DNA of 20,914 nt from Nitrososphaeraceae archaeon. Its GTDB lineage: Archaea; Thermoproteota; Nitrososphaeria; Nitrososphaerales; Nitrososphaeraceae. Positions within the stretch are counted from its first letter, which is position 1. Every line of letters starts with the position of its first letter. Positions 9,842 to 18,981 of the stretch are shown here, piece by piece. Location: contig DATGZA010000073.1 in NCBI GenBank assembly GCA_035297365.1, positions 1 to 20,914 on the forward strand. The letters are read 5' to 3'. Below the pieces are notes generated by a model. It had not been told where the DNA came from and searched no databases. It worked only from the letters and a program-made list of their open reading frames with translations. The position numbers and the translations under genes were made by a program.

Positions 9842-9894
9842 ACATCTAGCATAATGCAATACTATTACTAGAGAAGATGGCATTATCTAGATGT
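9842..9894. repeat. Imperfect inverted repeat (15 bp, one bulge, 22-nt spacer) upstream of the DyP gene
   Basis: ACATCTAG(C)ATAATGC at 9842-9857 versus GCATTATCTAGATGT at 9880-9894. Confidence 0.55.
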
Positions 9895-10086
9895 CTTGGC
9901 TAAGTAAATGACAATAAAGATTCTAGAAAAAACATACTAAAAATTGTAAATGTTATACTTTTTAATTCAGAAAACTATTGTGAATTATTTAGTAAATACA
10001 CTAATTAAGGAATAGATCTATTCTTTTGGAAAAAGTACATTCGGGGAAACTGAAAATATTTTTTGAATATTTAATTCATATTTGAT

Positions 10087-10720
10087 TTATGGTATTTTAT
10101 ATCCTGGATAAAAAGTGTGTATACAATCTGGCTTGTCATGGTCAATCGGATTTCCTTCACATCTCAACTTGGACTGCCACAGGGCACATGTGAACATAAT
10201 TCTAGTAGCTTATACAATATCGTTACCATCTACAAACTTAACCGCAGATGCTAGAGGTATATCGTATAGTGTGTTTTCAGAGAAAGTCATCATAAATGAC
10301 TCAATCTAATTTACTTTGTTAAATCTTCTATTTGATATTCTTCATCTTCTTCCCTTAGATAAATATGAGTTACACTATCCTGACATTTCTTCTCCTGTTT
10401 CAAGTCATTAATTGTCTGATTTGCAATCCCTAAAACTTCCTATTAACAAATCTCCAATCATCAGGCAAATGAATATTCCTTTACCTTTCGGCACATGACA
10501 GGTTATATCAACTTTTTTACTATTACTCCAACAATGAGAGAACCATACTGAGAAAAAATACTGTAACATTGACAGTGTTCGACCATCTGTATCCCTTTTT
10601 CCAGTTCGATCACGCCGAGGATTACTTTTTTGGCATTGATGGTAATCATTCCCAGAACAATATCACATAATTTTCTTATTTCCAGTTAAAATGGTAGGCG
10701 GATCTTAACTGAAAATTTTA
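10087..10720 (-). pseudogene. Degraded 'WxW-KPL' family paralog 3, closest to 5750..6649
   Basis: Collinear minus-strand fragments FWE*LPSMPK, NPRRDRTGKR, KVDITCHVPKGKGIFICLM, QDSVTHIYLREEDEEYQIEDLTK*, FMMTFSEN..FVDGNDIV*, WQSKLRC..DC and FIQDIKY match YWKWLVSIPK, TPEKDPTGAR, VERTCTVPYGKGILIPLM, QNSVNNLYLRIDNTEYQMEDLSKY, FVLNFPKD..VADGHYIV, WKSSLKC..SC and FTQDVKY. Several stops and frameshifts; 5' boundary approximate. Confidence 0.88.
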
Positions 10721-10846
10721 GTAGTAGTGAAAATTTGTATTGATATATCTTACATTTCTTTCCAAATACTTTACCTTGCTAAAAAGATAAAGTATTGAAA
10801 ACTAGATAGCAGAATACAAAAATCACAAAGAATTCTTACCTCAATA

Positions 10847-10860
10847 AAATTTATATATAT
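10847..10860 (+). promoter_or_regulatory. Archaeal BRE/TATA-like promoter for 10887
   Basis: AAAATTTATATATA about 27-35 nt upstream of the TTG start, consistent with a leaderless or short-leader archaeal transcript; the AT-rich background lowers confidence. Confidence 0.5.
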
Positions 10861-10886
10861 TTAATTGGCAACAAATTTGAGTTGTC

Positions 10887-11546
10887 TTGATACCATTTAC
10901 TTACGAGAAGAAAACAGATAAAATCAGTTCATCCACTAGCTCGACTTTTGAATATTTTAATCAAAATGATAACCCATACGGATTTACCTATGGACAATGG
11001 ACAGTTAAATGGTGGAGGTGGATATGGTCAATACCGGATTCAACCAACCCGTTGAGAGATGATGATGGAACATATGCAGACATTAATCAACCAGAAAAAG
11101 ATGTATGGTTTTTGGTTGGCACATGGGCTACAGAAAAGATGACAAAGGTACCTAATAGAGACGTAACAATTCCTTTTGATAGATCAATACTATTTCCTGT
11201 AATAAATTGTGAAGCTAATCCGATAGAATACCCATATCTCAAGACTGATGAAGATATTGTAAACCATGTAGTAAAGGATGAAAATACAATAGTTTTAAAA
11301 GAAGCCTATATCGATAGCATGGCAATTCCTATTCAACGTGTTCGTTCTGACCCTATTCTTTTCCCACTCAAAGTTCCTCATATGTATAATCCAAGAGGCT
11401 ATGTAGACACAAAAGCTTCTGCTGATGGTTATTGGGTTTTCTTGAAACCATTACCGGTGGGCACTTATAATATAAAGTTCAGTGGTGCATGTGAAATGGG
11501 ACGACTAAATACAGCCGCGAATTATAAAATTACAATTAAAAAATAA
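10887..11546 (+). CDS. Cytoplasmic 'WxW-KPL' family paralog 4
   Basis: PYGFTYGQWTVKWWRWIWSIP, NPLRDDDG, VWFLVGT, SILFPVIN and ADGYWVFLKPLPVGTY; TTG start; no hydrophobic N-terminus. Confidence 0.92.
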   Translation: MIPFTYEKKTDKISSSTSSTFEYFNQNDNPYGFTYGQWTVKWWRWIWSIPDSTNPLRDDDGTYADINQPEKDVWFLVGTWATEKMTKVPNRDVTIPFDRSILFPVINCEANPIEYPYLKTDEDIVNHVVKDENTIVLKEAYIDSMAIPIQRVRSDPILFPLKVPHMYNPRGYVDTKASADGYWVFLKPLPVGTYNIKFSGACEMGRLNTAANYKITIKK

Positions 11547-12295
11547 TAATATCAATTAAACTCTGGTAAAAAATAATGCATTATCCCATGTCATCTGTAC
11601 CCTATTTTACTCCGCAATGATAATGAGCTTATACCAAATACAGTATAAGGGAGATTTAAAAAGGATACAAAGAGATGTATATCACGCAAACTAGATCGAA
11701 AGTAATTAATATCTTAAAACATACACAAAAAAGTCTAACACAAATGGTGTAATAATGTATATGAATTGCGATAACATATTTTTAAAATAACATTGGCAAA
11801 TGAAAACTTGATTCGTTTTTGACTAAATGTTATTAATAGATATTGAAAATTTAGAATATCTAAAATTATAGGATATACAATGATAAAGTAGATGCTTATA
11901 CTAGATCCTCATATAGGGTAAAATGGGATTTGTATACGGTTACGTAGTTAGAAGAAATAAATTTCTACAAATAAAAACCTATATGGTAATGGTAAAGGGT
12001 TCTAGCAAATAAGAATCGTTTTTGGCAGCCTGTCAATATTTCCTGCCTATAAATAAATATATTTAAGTATAGATCGATTTGGATCAAATAAGATTCAGTA
12101 AACCCAAAAAGAAGATTTCATTGATAGATCTTGTATCATATTACAACTGCTCAAATATTTGTTCAGTAAGAGGTCCACTCAGAAATAATGCTAATTTAGA
12201 ATCTAAACCAACATGAGAGAATTGAATGCACCAGAATATTTTTGATATCATTACATCCGAAAAAATATATGTAATATTAAATAGAATATTTTAGA

Positions 12296-13003
12296 ATAAC
12301 CATTCTAAATATATTAAAAAACAAATTTCAAATTAGAATTGGAAACAGAGAAGGATCAGCACATATTTTATCCAATCTAATTCTACATAATCTCAAAAAA
12401 GATGAAAGAAAAAATGTTTTTGTTTTAGGAATTCCTCGTGGTGGGGTTGTTGTTGCAGATATTATTGCTAAGAAATTAAAAACCTCTAATTTTGATATTG
12501 TATTACCAAGAAAATTATTAATTCCTGATAACCAAGAGAACGGATTTGGTGCAGTAATGGAAGATGAAAGTGAATATATTGATTTCAAGATGGTAGATGC
12601 TTTATCAATATCAACAGAATATATTAGAAAAGAAAAATCAAAAAAAATTGAAGAAATTAAAAGTAAATCGCTATTATATAGGAATTCTGAAAGATTACAA
12701 TATCATACAAAATTAAACGACACAAATATGAACGTCATTTTAGTTGATGACGGTGCAGCAACAGGTTCTACACTTATTTCCGTTGCGAGATGGATAAGAA
12801 ATAGAAATGAACATAAATTTAAACAACTAATTATAGCAATTCCAGTTGCTCCCAAAAGAACTGTAAATCTTTTAAAATCTGAATGCGATCATTTGGAAGT
12901 AATAATAAGCCCAGCAAAGTTCGAAACAGTAAGCCACTTTTATAAAGAGTTTGAACAATTAAATGATAATCAAGTTATAGAGATTTTGAAAAAATGGAAG
13001 TAA
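12296..13003 (+). CDS. Type I phosphoribosyltransferase family protein (start upstream of the ORF-track call, probably non-ATG)
   Basis: PRPP-binding loop VILVDDGAATGST, IAIPVAP and VSHFYKEF. The frame is open from 12281 and encodes FQIRIGNREGSAHIL...VFVLGIPRGGVVVA...IVLPRKL upstream of ATG 12557. Confidence 0.85.
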   Translation: MTILNILKNKFQIRIGNREGSAHILSNLILHNLKKDERKNVFVLGIPRGGVVVADIIAKKLKTSNFDIVLPRKLLIPDNQENGFGAVMEDESEYIDFKMVDALSISTEYIRKEKSKKIEEIKSKSLLYRNSERLQYHTKLNDTNMNVILVDDGAATGSTLISVARWIRNRNEHKFKQLIIAIPVAPKRTVNLLKSECDHLEVIISPAKFETVSHFYKEFEQLNDNQVIEILKKWK

Positions 13004-13411
13004 AAAAAACTGATATAGGCTTTGGTATAGCCGTTCAGATATTTGTAATGTTCAGAGTGTCGCTTTCTTAAGGACTATCTTAACTTTGAACCTATTTTAG
13101 AGGGAAGGAAACCTAGTCAATCAAGGTTTTCGTATTGAGAACCGAATTAAATTAAGAATCGAATAATACATTTGTTCACGACAAGTAAATAGATCAGATG
13201 ATAAAGTATTCCCTTTATTTTCATTTACAAATGAAATAACATCGATGTTTCCTTTACTCAACTTCTTATTATCTATTCCCTGAACAAAAATTATTAACAA
13301 ATCAAGGTATTTTGGAATTACTAAATATCCTTCTAAAATATACTATACCAATTCAAATGGAGTAGAAAATTTACTGCATTGATTTTCTATTTTAATTTGT
13401 ATTAAAAAAAA

Positions 13412-13504
13412 TTAATTATGTGCTGCCTCTTTAGATGATTCATTTTTATTAAATACAACATATCCTCGCACAATACCATTTAGAATTGCAAGAATTTTAT
13501 TCAT
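13412..13504 (-). CDS. Candidate 30-aa small protein MNKILAILNGIVRGYVVFNKNESSKEAAHN
   Basis: ATG..TAA read manually; AAACTTTATAAG TATA-like box ends 22 nt upstream of the ATG; amphipathic N-terminal half. Confidence 0.4.
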   Translation of the reverse strand: MNKILAILNGIVRGYVVFNKNESSKEAAHN

Positions 13505-13790
13505 TGAACTAGTATATGATATGTTACTTATAAAGTTTAATTTACACTATCAGCTTGCTTTGGTTTCATCTTCTGATTTTATGAATAAATTTTGATTTTT
13601 GAGCTTTTACCCTGAATTCATGTTTCTCCATAGATCAAATAATGTTAAGTATTCTCTTTTATTTATCCTCTGTTTTCTTTTGTTTGTACTTATAATTGTC
13701 TTCATTTTAAGTTTTTAGTAGCTTGTTTTCTTACATTATTTCTTCTATTGTATTTTTGCAGTTTATAATTCTCTTGTTAGTTTTTAGAAC

Positions 13791-15197
13791 TCATTTTTCA
13801 TTTTGGTCTTCTGATTTCCTTTTTTTCTTTGCAATCTTAAGTTCATTCATCACATCATGTATGATTTCCATTACTTCTTTATGTTCCAAATCAACATCTC
13901 CTTTATTTCCTGATATAGTGGTACGTTTAGCAATATACTGGCATCTGTTTGCAAGTTCTTGTATCTGCTCTGCCTCTCCAATTTCTTTTAGAAAAGAAAG
14001 CTCTTTCTTAGCACTTTTGTATAATTGCTTTCTTATTTCTATATTTCGTGATATATTCTGGGCTGAGGAAAAAATCCCGATAAATAACAAGTACGATCCG
14101 ACTGGCATAAATGCTGCTGTTATAAGCCCATACGGTGGATAAAAGATGTATTGCAATGTTTCGATTTCTAAGGAACCAAAGACGATTACCATTCCAATAC
14201 TGGAAATCAATAGGGATTGTCGAACTTTATTGGCTGAGATTAAATTTGAAGCAATCAAGAAATATATACTGAAAAATAAAGCACCTATTTGTTTTGATAT
14301 GTTCAACATCAGAACATAGAAGGTTGCAGGAATTGCTGGAGACTCTATTACGTAAGACATCGTTATATCCTGGAAATAAGGTTCGAAAGCTGATAAATAG
14401 TATATTAAAGGTATGGATATGAGCGCCAAATATTTGATTGTACCTAGTTTATAGCGATATTGCCTTAACAGTATAACAGTGGATAACCACATAAATGCGA
14501 ATGACAATGTGGAAACTATATTATAAACATTGATTGTATTTTGCTTAATAGACAAGACTGGAAAGTCGGTGGCAATCGTGGCTACATTATGTTTTGTTCT
14601 ATCTAAATTTATTGATATGGCGCGTGAAAAATAAGAATGAAGATATATGATGGAGATTATTATATTAATGACCAACAATGAGAACGATATCATGAAAAAT
14701 ATAATTACGTAATTTCTTTTTGATTTCACCCATCTTGAGAAAATGATAATCATTGAAATCAAAAAGACTAATGCTGATAAATAAGCAAGATAGATTGCAG
14801 TAGACAGTAAATTCAAGTTGTATCTATTTGAAATAAGCATTTGTAGGATTATAGCAAATATAATAGAAAAAGTTAGGATCTGACTACAGAAACAGAACCA
14901 ATGAAAATATTTCATATTTATCGATAGAGTGATATAGGATTCAGCGTTTTTCTTTGCTTGATTCAATAATATAATAGAACTTAATGAAAATAGGAGTGAA
15001 AAAACTAAAAAGATCTCTACATGATTTAAGATAGGAAGATAAAATTCGGCATAGGACGCGAATTTAAAAATTGTTGAATCAAGAAATGTAATAATTATAA
15101 AAATGCAAATAAAGATAACCGAAGTCTTTTTGGTCGGATAAGAGAAGTAAGGAAGAAGTTTTCTCGTCATACTATTAAATAAGGAGGTTTTTGACAC
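13791..15197 (-). CDS. Polytopic membrane protein (~10 TM) with ~90-aa charged helical C-terminal tail
   Basis: About ten hydrophobic segments, last YPPYGLITAAFMPVGSYLLFIGIF, followed by IRKQLYKSAKKELSFLKEIGEAEQIQEL; GTG start; no kinase or transporter motif recognised. Confidence 0.9.
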   Translation of the reverse strand: MSKTSLFNSMTRKLLPYFSYPTKKTSVIFICIFIIITFLDSTIFKFASYAEFYLPILNHVEIFLVFSLLFSLSSIILLNQAKKNAESYITLSINMKYFHWFCFCSQILTFSIIFAIILQMLISNRYNLNLLSTAIYLAYLSALVFLISMIIIFSRWVKSKRNYVIIFFMISFSLLVINIIISIIYLHSYFSRAISINLDRTKHNVATIATDFPVLSIKQNTINVYNIVSTLSFAFMWLSTVILLRQYRYKLGTIKYLALISIPLIYYLSAFEPYFQDITMSYVIESPAIPATFYVLMLNISKQIGALFFSIYFLIASNLISANKVRQSLLISSIGMVIVFGSLEIETLQYIFYPPYGLITAAFMPVGSYLLFIGIFSSAQNISRNIEIRKQLYKSAKKELSFLKEIGEAEQIQELANRCQYIAKRTTISGNKGDVDLEHKEVMEIIHDVMNELKIAKKKRKSEDQNEK

Positions 15198-15684
15198 GCT
15201 TCATAATATTAAACATCACAACTAATTTAATTCATCTGTATGGCGGTTGGTTAATTTCATCTAACATTATATCATTTTTATTTCTAGACTTTCCCCCATT
15301 TGCAATATTTACAACTCGCATGTTAGATCGTAGATTCATGATTAATCCAAATCTTTTTTGATTATTCTTTCTTCAATATGAATCCCCGATAGGTGATGAT
15401 ATGCCTTTTTCCTCTGCTCCAAATATTAATTCTATTAATCTGCTAAAGCGGTAATATGATTTTAAATATGAACAAATGAAATAATTATTTCTTATCCTAG
15501 TCGCTGGTTCTTTATGAATATCATGGAGAAACTAAATTACATTTTAACTAGTATGATTTTGTACGAATGTTCAATATGGAAAACGAAAAAAGTGAGAGCT
15601 AATTATGTTATTATGGATGTTATCTGTTTTGAAATATTTTAGCAAAGGTTAAGAATTACCACCATCCTATTTAAAATATAAAAT

Positions 15685-16476
15685 ATGAAAATCATACTTT
15701 TTCATTATACTAGTAACAAACTGAAGTTTTTAACTTCCTTGTTTGCCACGTTGTTGGGCTCATCCTTTTTTCTTGTTTCCGGATCGTATACTGCATTTGG
15801 TACTGAATTATTTTCTAAAGATGACGAACCATTCGGAATATCGCAGGTTGATTGGCTATCAAAATACTGGAATTGGTGGGTTGCGATTTCTCCTAATGAA
15901 GTTGAAGATATAAAAACTCAAGGGGGATGTTTAATCAACAATGCAGATTCTGTTGCCATGGTTGCAGAACTAACGATTGGAAAGGTTAAACCAGTTCTTG
16001 AATGTGAGATATCCTCCAATCAAGCTATTTTAATACCATTATGGATTGCTTGGTGCGACAGTGGGAACGATGCGGACTATAAATTAGACCCACCAGAAAA
16101 AACTTGGGCCGAATGTGCAAGAGAAAGATATGATACTGGACATATAAAATCCGAAGCTAAAATCGATGGACATTCGCTTGGAAAAATGGATGTATACTCG
16201 TTACCTGACAAATCAAATAATCGAATAGTATATTTATATAACGTTACTGAAATTTACGGAAATACAAAGAACTTCACTCTTGTTTTGCCTGAAGAAAATC
16301 ATAAACAGCTGAAAGCAGGAACTTATGTTGCTGGCTCGCATGGATGGATTATTTTTCTGAAACCGTTGCCTCTTGGAAAACATGAACTCATCTACTCCAA
16401 CACAGTTCAGCCGATAGGAGGAATAACTGGAACAGTCAATGAAGCAGAAATTAAATATATATTAAATGTGAAATGA
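15685..16476 (+). CDS. Exported/anchored 'WxW-KPL' family paralog 5
   Basis: Signal-like FLTSLFATLLGSSFFLVSG; PFGISQVDWLSKYWNWWVAI, LECEISSNQAILIP and SHGWIIFLKPLPLGKH; four Cys. Confidence 0.9.
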   Translation: MKIILFHYTSNKLKFLTSLFATLLGSSFFLVSGSYTAFGTELFSKDDEPFGISQVDWLSKYWNWWVAISPNEVEDIKTQGGCLINNADSVAMVAELTIGKVKPVLECEISSNQAILIPLWIAWCDSGNDADYKLDPPEKTWAECARERYDTGHIKSEAKIDGHSLGKMDVYSLPDKSNNRIVYLYNVTEIYGNTKNFTLVLPEENHKQLKAGTYVAGSHGWIIFLKPLPLGKHELIYSNTVQPIGGITGTVNEAEIKYILNVK

Positions 16477-17081
16477 AACCAATTAATTTAATATTTTATT
16501 AATATAATGATAATTGACCTTATGGATAGGTAATGGATTTAGCCATCGATGGTCTCTAACTGATTAGTATGATTACGTGAAAGAAGTTACACATTATAAT
16601 ATTTAACTAAACAAGAACAATCTTGAGATGAAAAGGAAATTACGTTTATATACGAAACTAGATTCAGATAATATATTTACAGGAGTAAATCATTCATCAT
16701 AAATGAGATGATTATTAGACTGATAATCATCAATGATGGTTATGATTTTAGTTAGAAACGTTACATAAAACAGTATTTGAAATTCACAATGCTCGAGATA
16801 GAAAAATGCTTAATCTTGAGGATTTTATTAGGTATGCCGTATGAGTATGATAAATATACGATGTATGAAGGCAATGATATAAAGTATTTTGGAGCTTCTA
16901 ATAAATAAAGATAAAAACATCTTTGGTTACGTCAAATCATAAAAGTCATGAAAATAGTTAGCTAACACATTATGGATAGAACTAAAAGTTTTAATGATTA
17001 CAATTCATCAACTGGAATGCAATTATGACAAAATGTTTTTACATCTAACTATAATAGATCGAAGTTATAAATAAAGATATA

Positions 17082-18023
17082 ATGATTTCTACTAATAAAA
17101 AAATTATTTCATTTCTGCCTAGCGCGACAGAAATACTTTACGAAATAGGTGCTGGATCTCAAATAGTGGGTGTTACACATGAATGTAAATATCCGGAAGA
17201 CGCAAAAACCAAACCTAAAGTGATAAATTCTTCCTTTGACGCCTCCTCTATGACAAGCAAGGAAATAGACAATAAAATTACAGACTTATTTAGTAAAACA
17301 ATGGACATTTATGTGGTGAATGATAAAATATTACTGGACTTAAAACCGGACCTAATAGTAGCACAGGGAATATGTGAAGTATGTTCTCCATTCACAAAAG
17401 AGATCAAACGTGCTGTCTCAATATTGGGATATAATCCAGACATACTTATCCTGGACCCTCATAACCTAAAAGATATTTTGACTAATATTGAAGAAATAGC
17501 TAAAAAAGTAGATAAAGTCAAGTACGGTCACCAATTGATAGAATCTCTTACAAAAAGGATTAATTCAATACAAAAAATAACTAAAATTAAAACCAAGGTA
17601 AATTTACAGAGAGTGGTTTGTTTAGAGTGGATTGATCCTTTTTTTACTGCAGGTCATTGGGTCCCAGAGATGGTAGAAATAGCTGGAGGAATAAATGGTC
17701 TAAGTAAAACGGAAGAACAATCAAGACGTACTACAATAGAGAAGATAAAAGATTTTGGTCCAGATAAAATTATTCTCATGCCATGTGGATTTGATTTAGA
17801 TAGAACTTTAATGGAATACAATAGAACAATAAAGAAAGACGTCGGATGGAATTCTTTGACGGCGGTAAAGAACGGAGAGGTATATGCTGTAGATGCAGGA
17901 TCGTATTTTAGTAAACCAGGACCAAGAACTTTTTCCGGAGTTGAGATCTTGGCAAAGATAATTCATCCGAGTGAATTTAATTACATTACAGTTCCTTTGA
18001 ATTCTTTTTTGAGGATTGATTGA
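17082..18023 (+). CDS. BtuF/TroA-like helical-backbone (cobalamin/Fe-siderophore type) substrate-binding family protein
   Basis: KIISFLPSATEILYEIG..IVGVTHEC, LKPDLIVAQ, LEWIDP..AGHWVPEMVEIAGG, WNSLTAVKNGEVYAVD and YFSKPGPR. Confidence 0.9.
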   Translation: MISTNKKIISFLPSATEILYEIGAGSQIVGVTHECKYPEDAKTKPKVINSSFDASSMTSKEIDNKITDLFSKTMDIYVVNDKILLDLKPDLIVAQGICEVCSPFTKEIKRAVSILGYNPDILILDPHNLKDILTNIEEIAKKVDKVKYGHQLIESLTKRINSIQKITKIKTKVNLQRVVCLEWIDPFFTAGHWVPEMVEIAGGINGLSKTEEQSRRTTIEKIKDFGPDKIILMPCGFDLDRTLMEYNRTIKKDVGWNSLTAVKNGEVYAVDAGSYFSKPGPRTFSGVEILAKIIHPSEFNYITVPLNSFLRID

Positions 18024-18146
18024 TCATACAAGATATTTCTATCAACATCACACAATTGTGTTTCCACTTAACAGTAATATAAAATAGATTGCTACCCAAA
18101 TTTGGGCATTATTTATATTTTCTTTTTACACATGTCAAATTTGGAT

Positions 18147-18968
18147 TTATAATGTATTACCACCTGATCTGATTGAATATTTTTTCTTTATTTTTACGTA
18201 CTTTTCTAGATCATCATAAGTATTAATATATCTTGATGCGTTTATCACATCTCGGACATTCCTAGATCCCAATTCATCCCAAACTGTACTAACAATTTTC
18301 TGTTTCAAATCATGATCTTTTACCTTTACCACTCTATTACAAATACTGTTAAAATCCTCAAATGTATATTGTGGCAAGTCATATCTATCAAATCTATCTC
18401 GCAATGGCTCTATCAATTTTGAAAGCTCGTTGCAGGTAGCAAATACTTTTAGAAAACTAAATTTTAGTTCCCTGTGATTCCCTGACCTAGTATCAATTAT
18501 CCTACCATCTTGCAACAAGTTTAGCAATATCTCCTGATCAATCTTTTTTAGCCTAGATATTTCATCTAACAATAATATCTTCAGTCTATTTCTATTTTCA
18601 AATAAAAGATCTCGCAATCCTGCCTTTGTCATCAAACTACAATCCAAATAAATAGAATGTTTATGATAACTATTCTCTATACATTTAAGAAATAAGGATT
18701 TTCCTATTCCTGGTTTTCCAGATAATAATATTGATGTAGAATACTCTGATAATAACGCAAGTTCTAAAAGGTACTTAATGTCAGGATAACCCACAATCTG
18801 GGCAAATATATCATTATTGTTTTCCTTCTTGCCTTGTGAACCAACTGTAACTGAATGTATTTTATTTACGAAAAATAATCTACCTAATTGAAACATTTTA
18901 TAATATATCTGGCAAATTATCATAAAAATCTTTTCAAAAACATTTTTCTGAAAATTTTTCATCTTCAT
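18147..18968 (-). CDS. Stand-alone AAA+ ATPase (start may lie ~35-45 codons downstream of the ORF-track start)
   Basis: Walker A GKPGIGKS, Walker B LLLDE, LLNLLQDGRI, sensor-1 FATCN, Arg finger PLRDRF, sensor-2-like NVRD. Confidence 0.88.
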   Translation of the reverse strand: MKMKNFQKNVFEKIFMIICQIYYKMFQLGRLFFVNKIHSVTVGSQGKKENNNDIFAQIVGYPDIKYLLELALLSEYSTSILLSGKPGIGKSLFLKCIENSYHKHSIYLDCSLMTKAGLRDLLFENRNRLKILLLDEISRLKKIDQEILLNLLQDGRIIDTRSGNHRELKFSFLKVFATCNELSKLIEPLRDRFDRYDLPQYTFEDFNSICNRVVKVKDHDLKQKIVSTVWDELGSRNVRDVINASRYINTYDDLEKYVKIKKKYSIRSGGNTL

Positions 18969-18981
18969 CCAAATCCATAAA

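Noticed and set aside
10115-10309. 64-aa plus-strand ORF
   Set aside because: Antisense to the paralog pseudogene, which explains the sequence better.
11923-12012. 29-aa ORF MGFVYGYVVRRNKF... sharing GYVV with the 13412 peptide
   Set aside because: A four-residue match is chance level, and there is no other support.
12328-14142. ORFs 12328..12588 (-) and 13723..14142 (+)
   Set aside because: Shadows of the PRTase 5' region and of the membrane protein tail.
15210-15420. Chain of tiny minus-strand ORFs (26, 23 and 11 aa) upstream of the membrane gene
   Set aside because: Lengths are within chance expectation; no shared motif.
16529-16580. GGTAATGGATTTAGCC resembling the start of a fluoride riboswitch, plus a CCATCGATGG palindrome
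   Set aside because: No complementary pseudoknot partner and no fluoride-related gene downstream; no cobalamin riboswitch recognised before 17082 either.
16789-16908. 39-aa Tyr-rich ORF as a possible peroxidase substrate peptide
   Set aside because: Tyr enrichment is expected in AT-rich DNA; no clear promoter or homology evidence.
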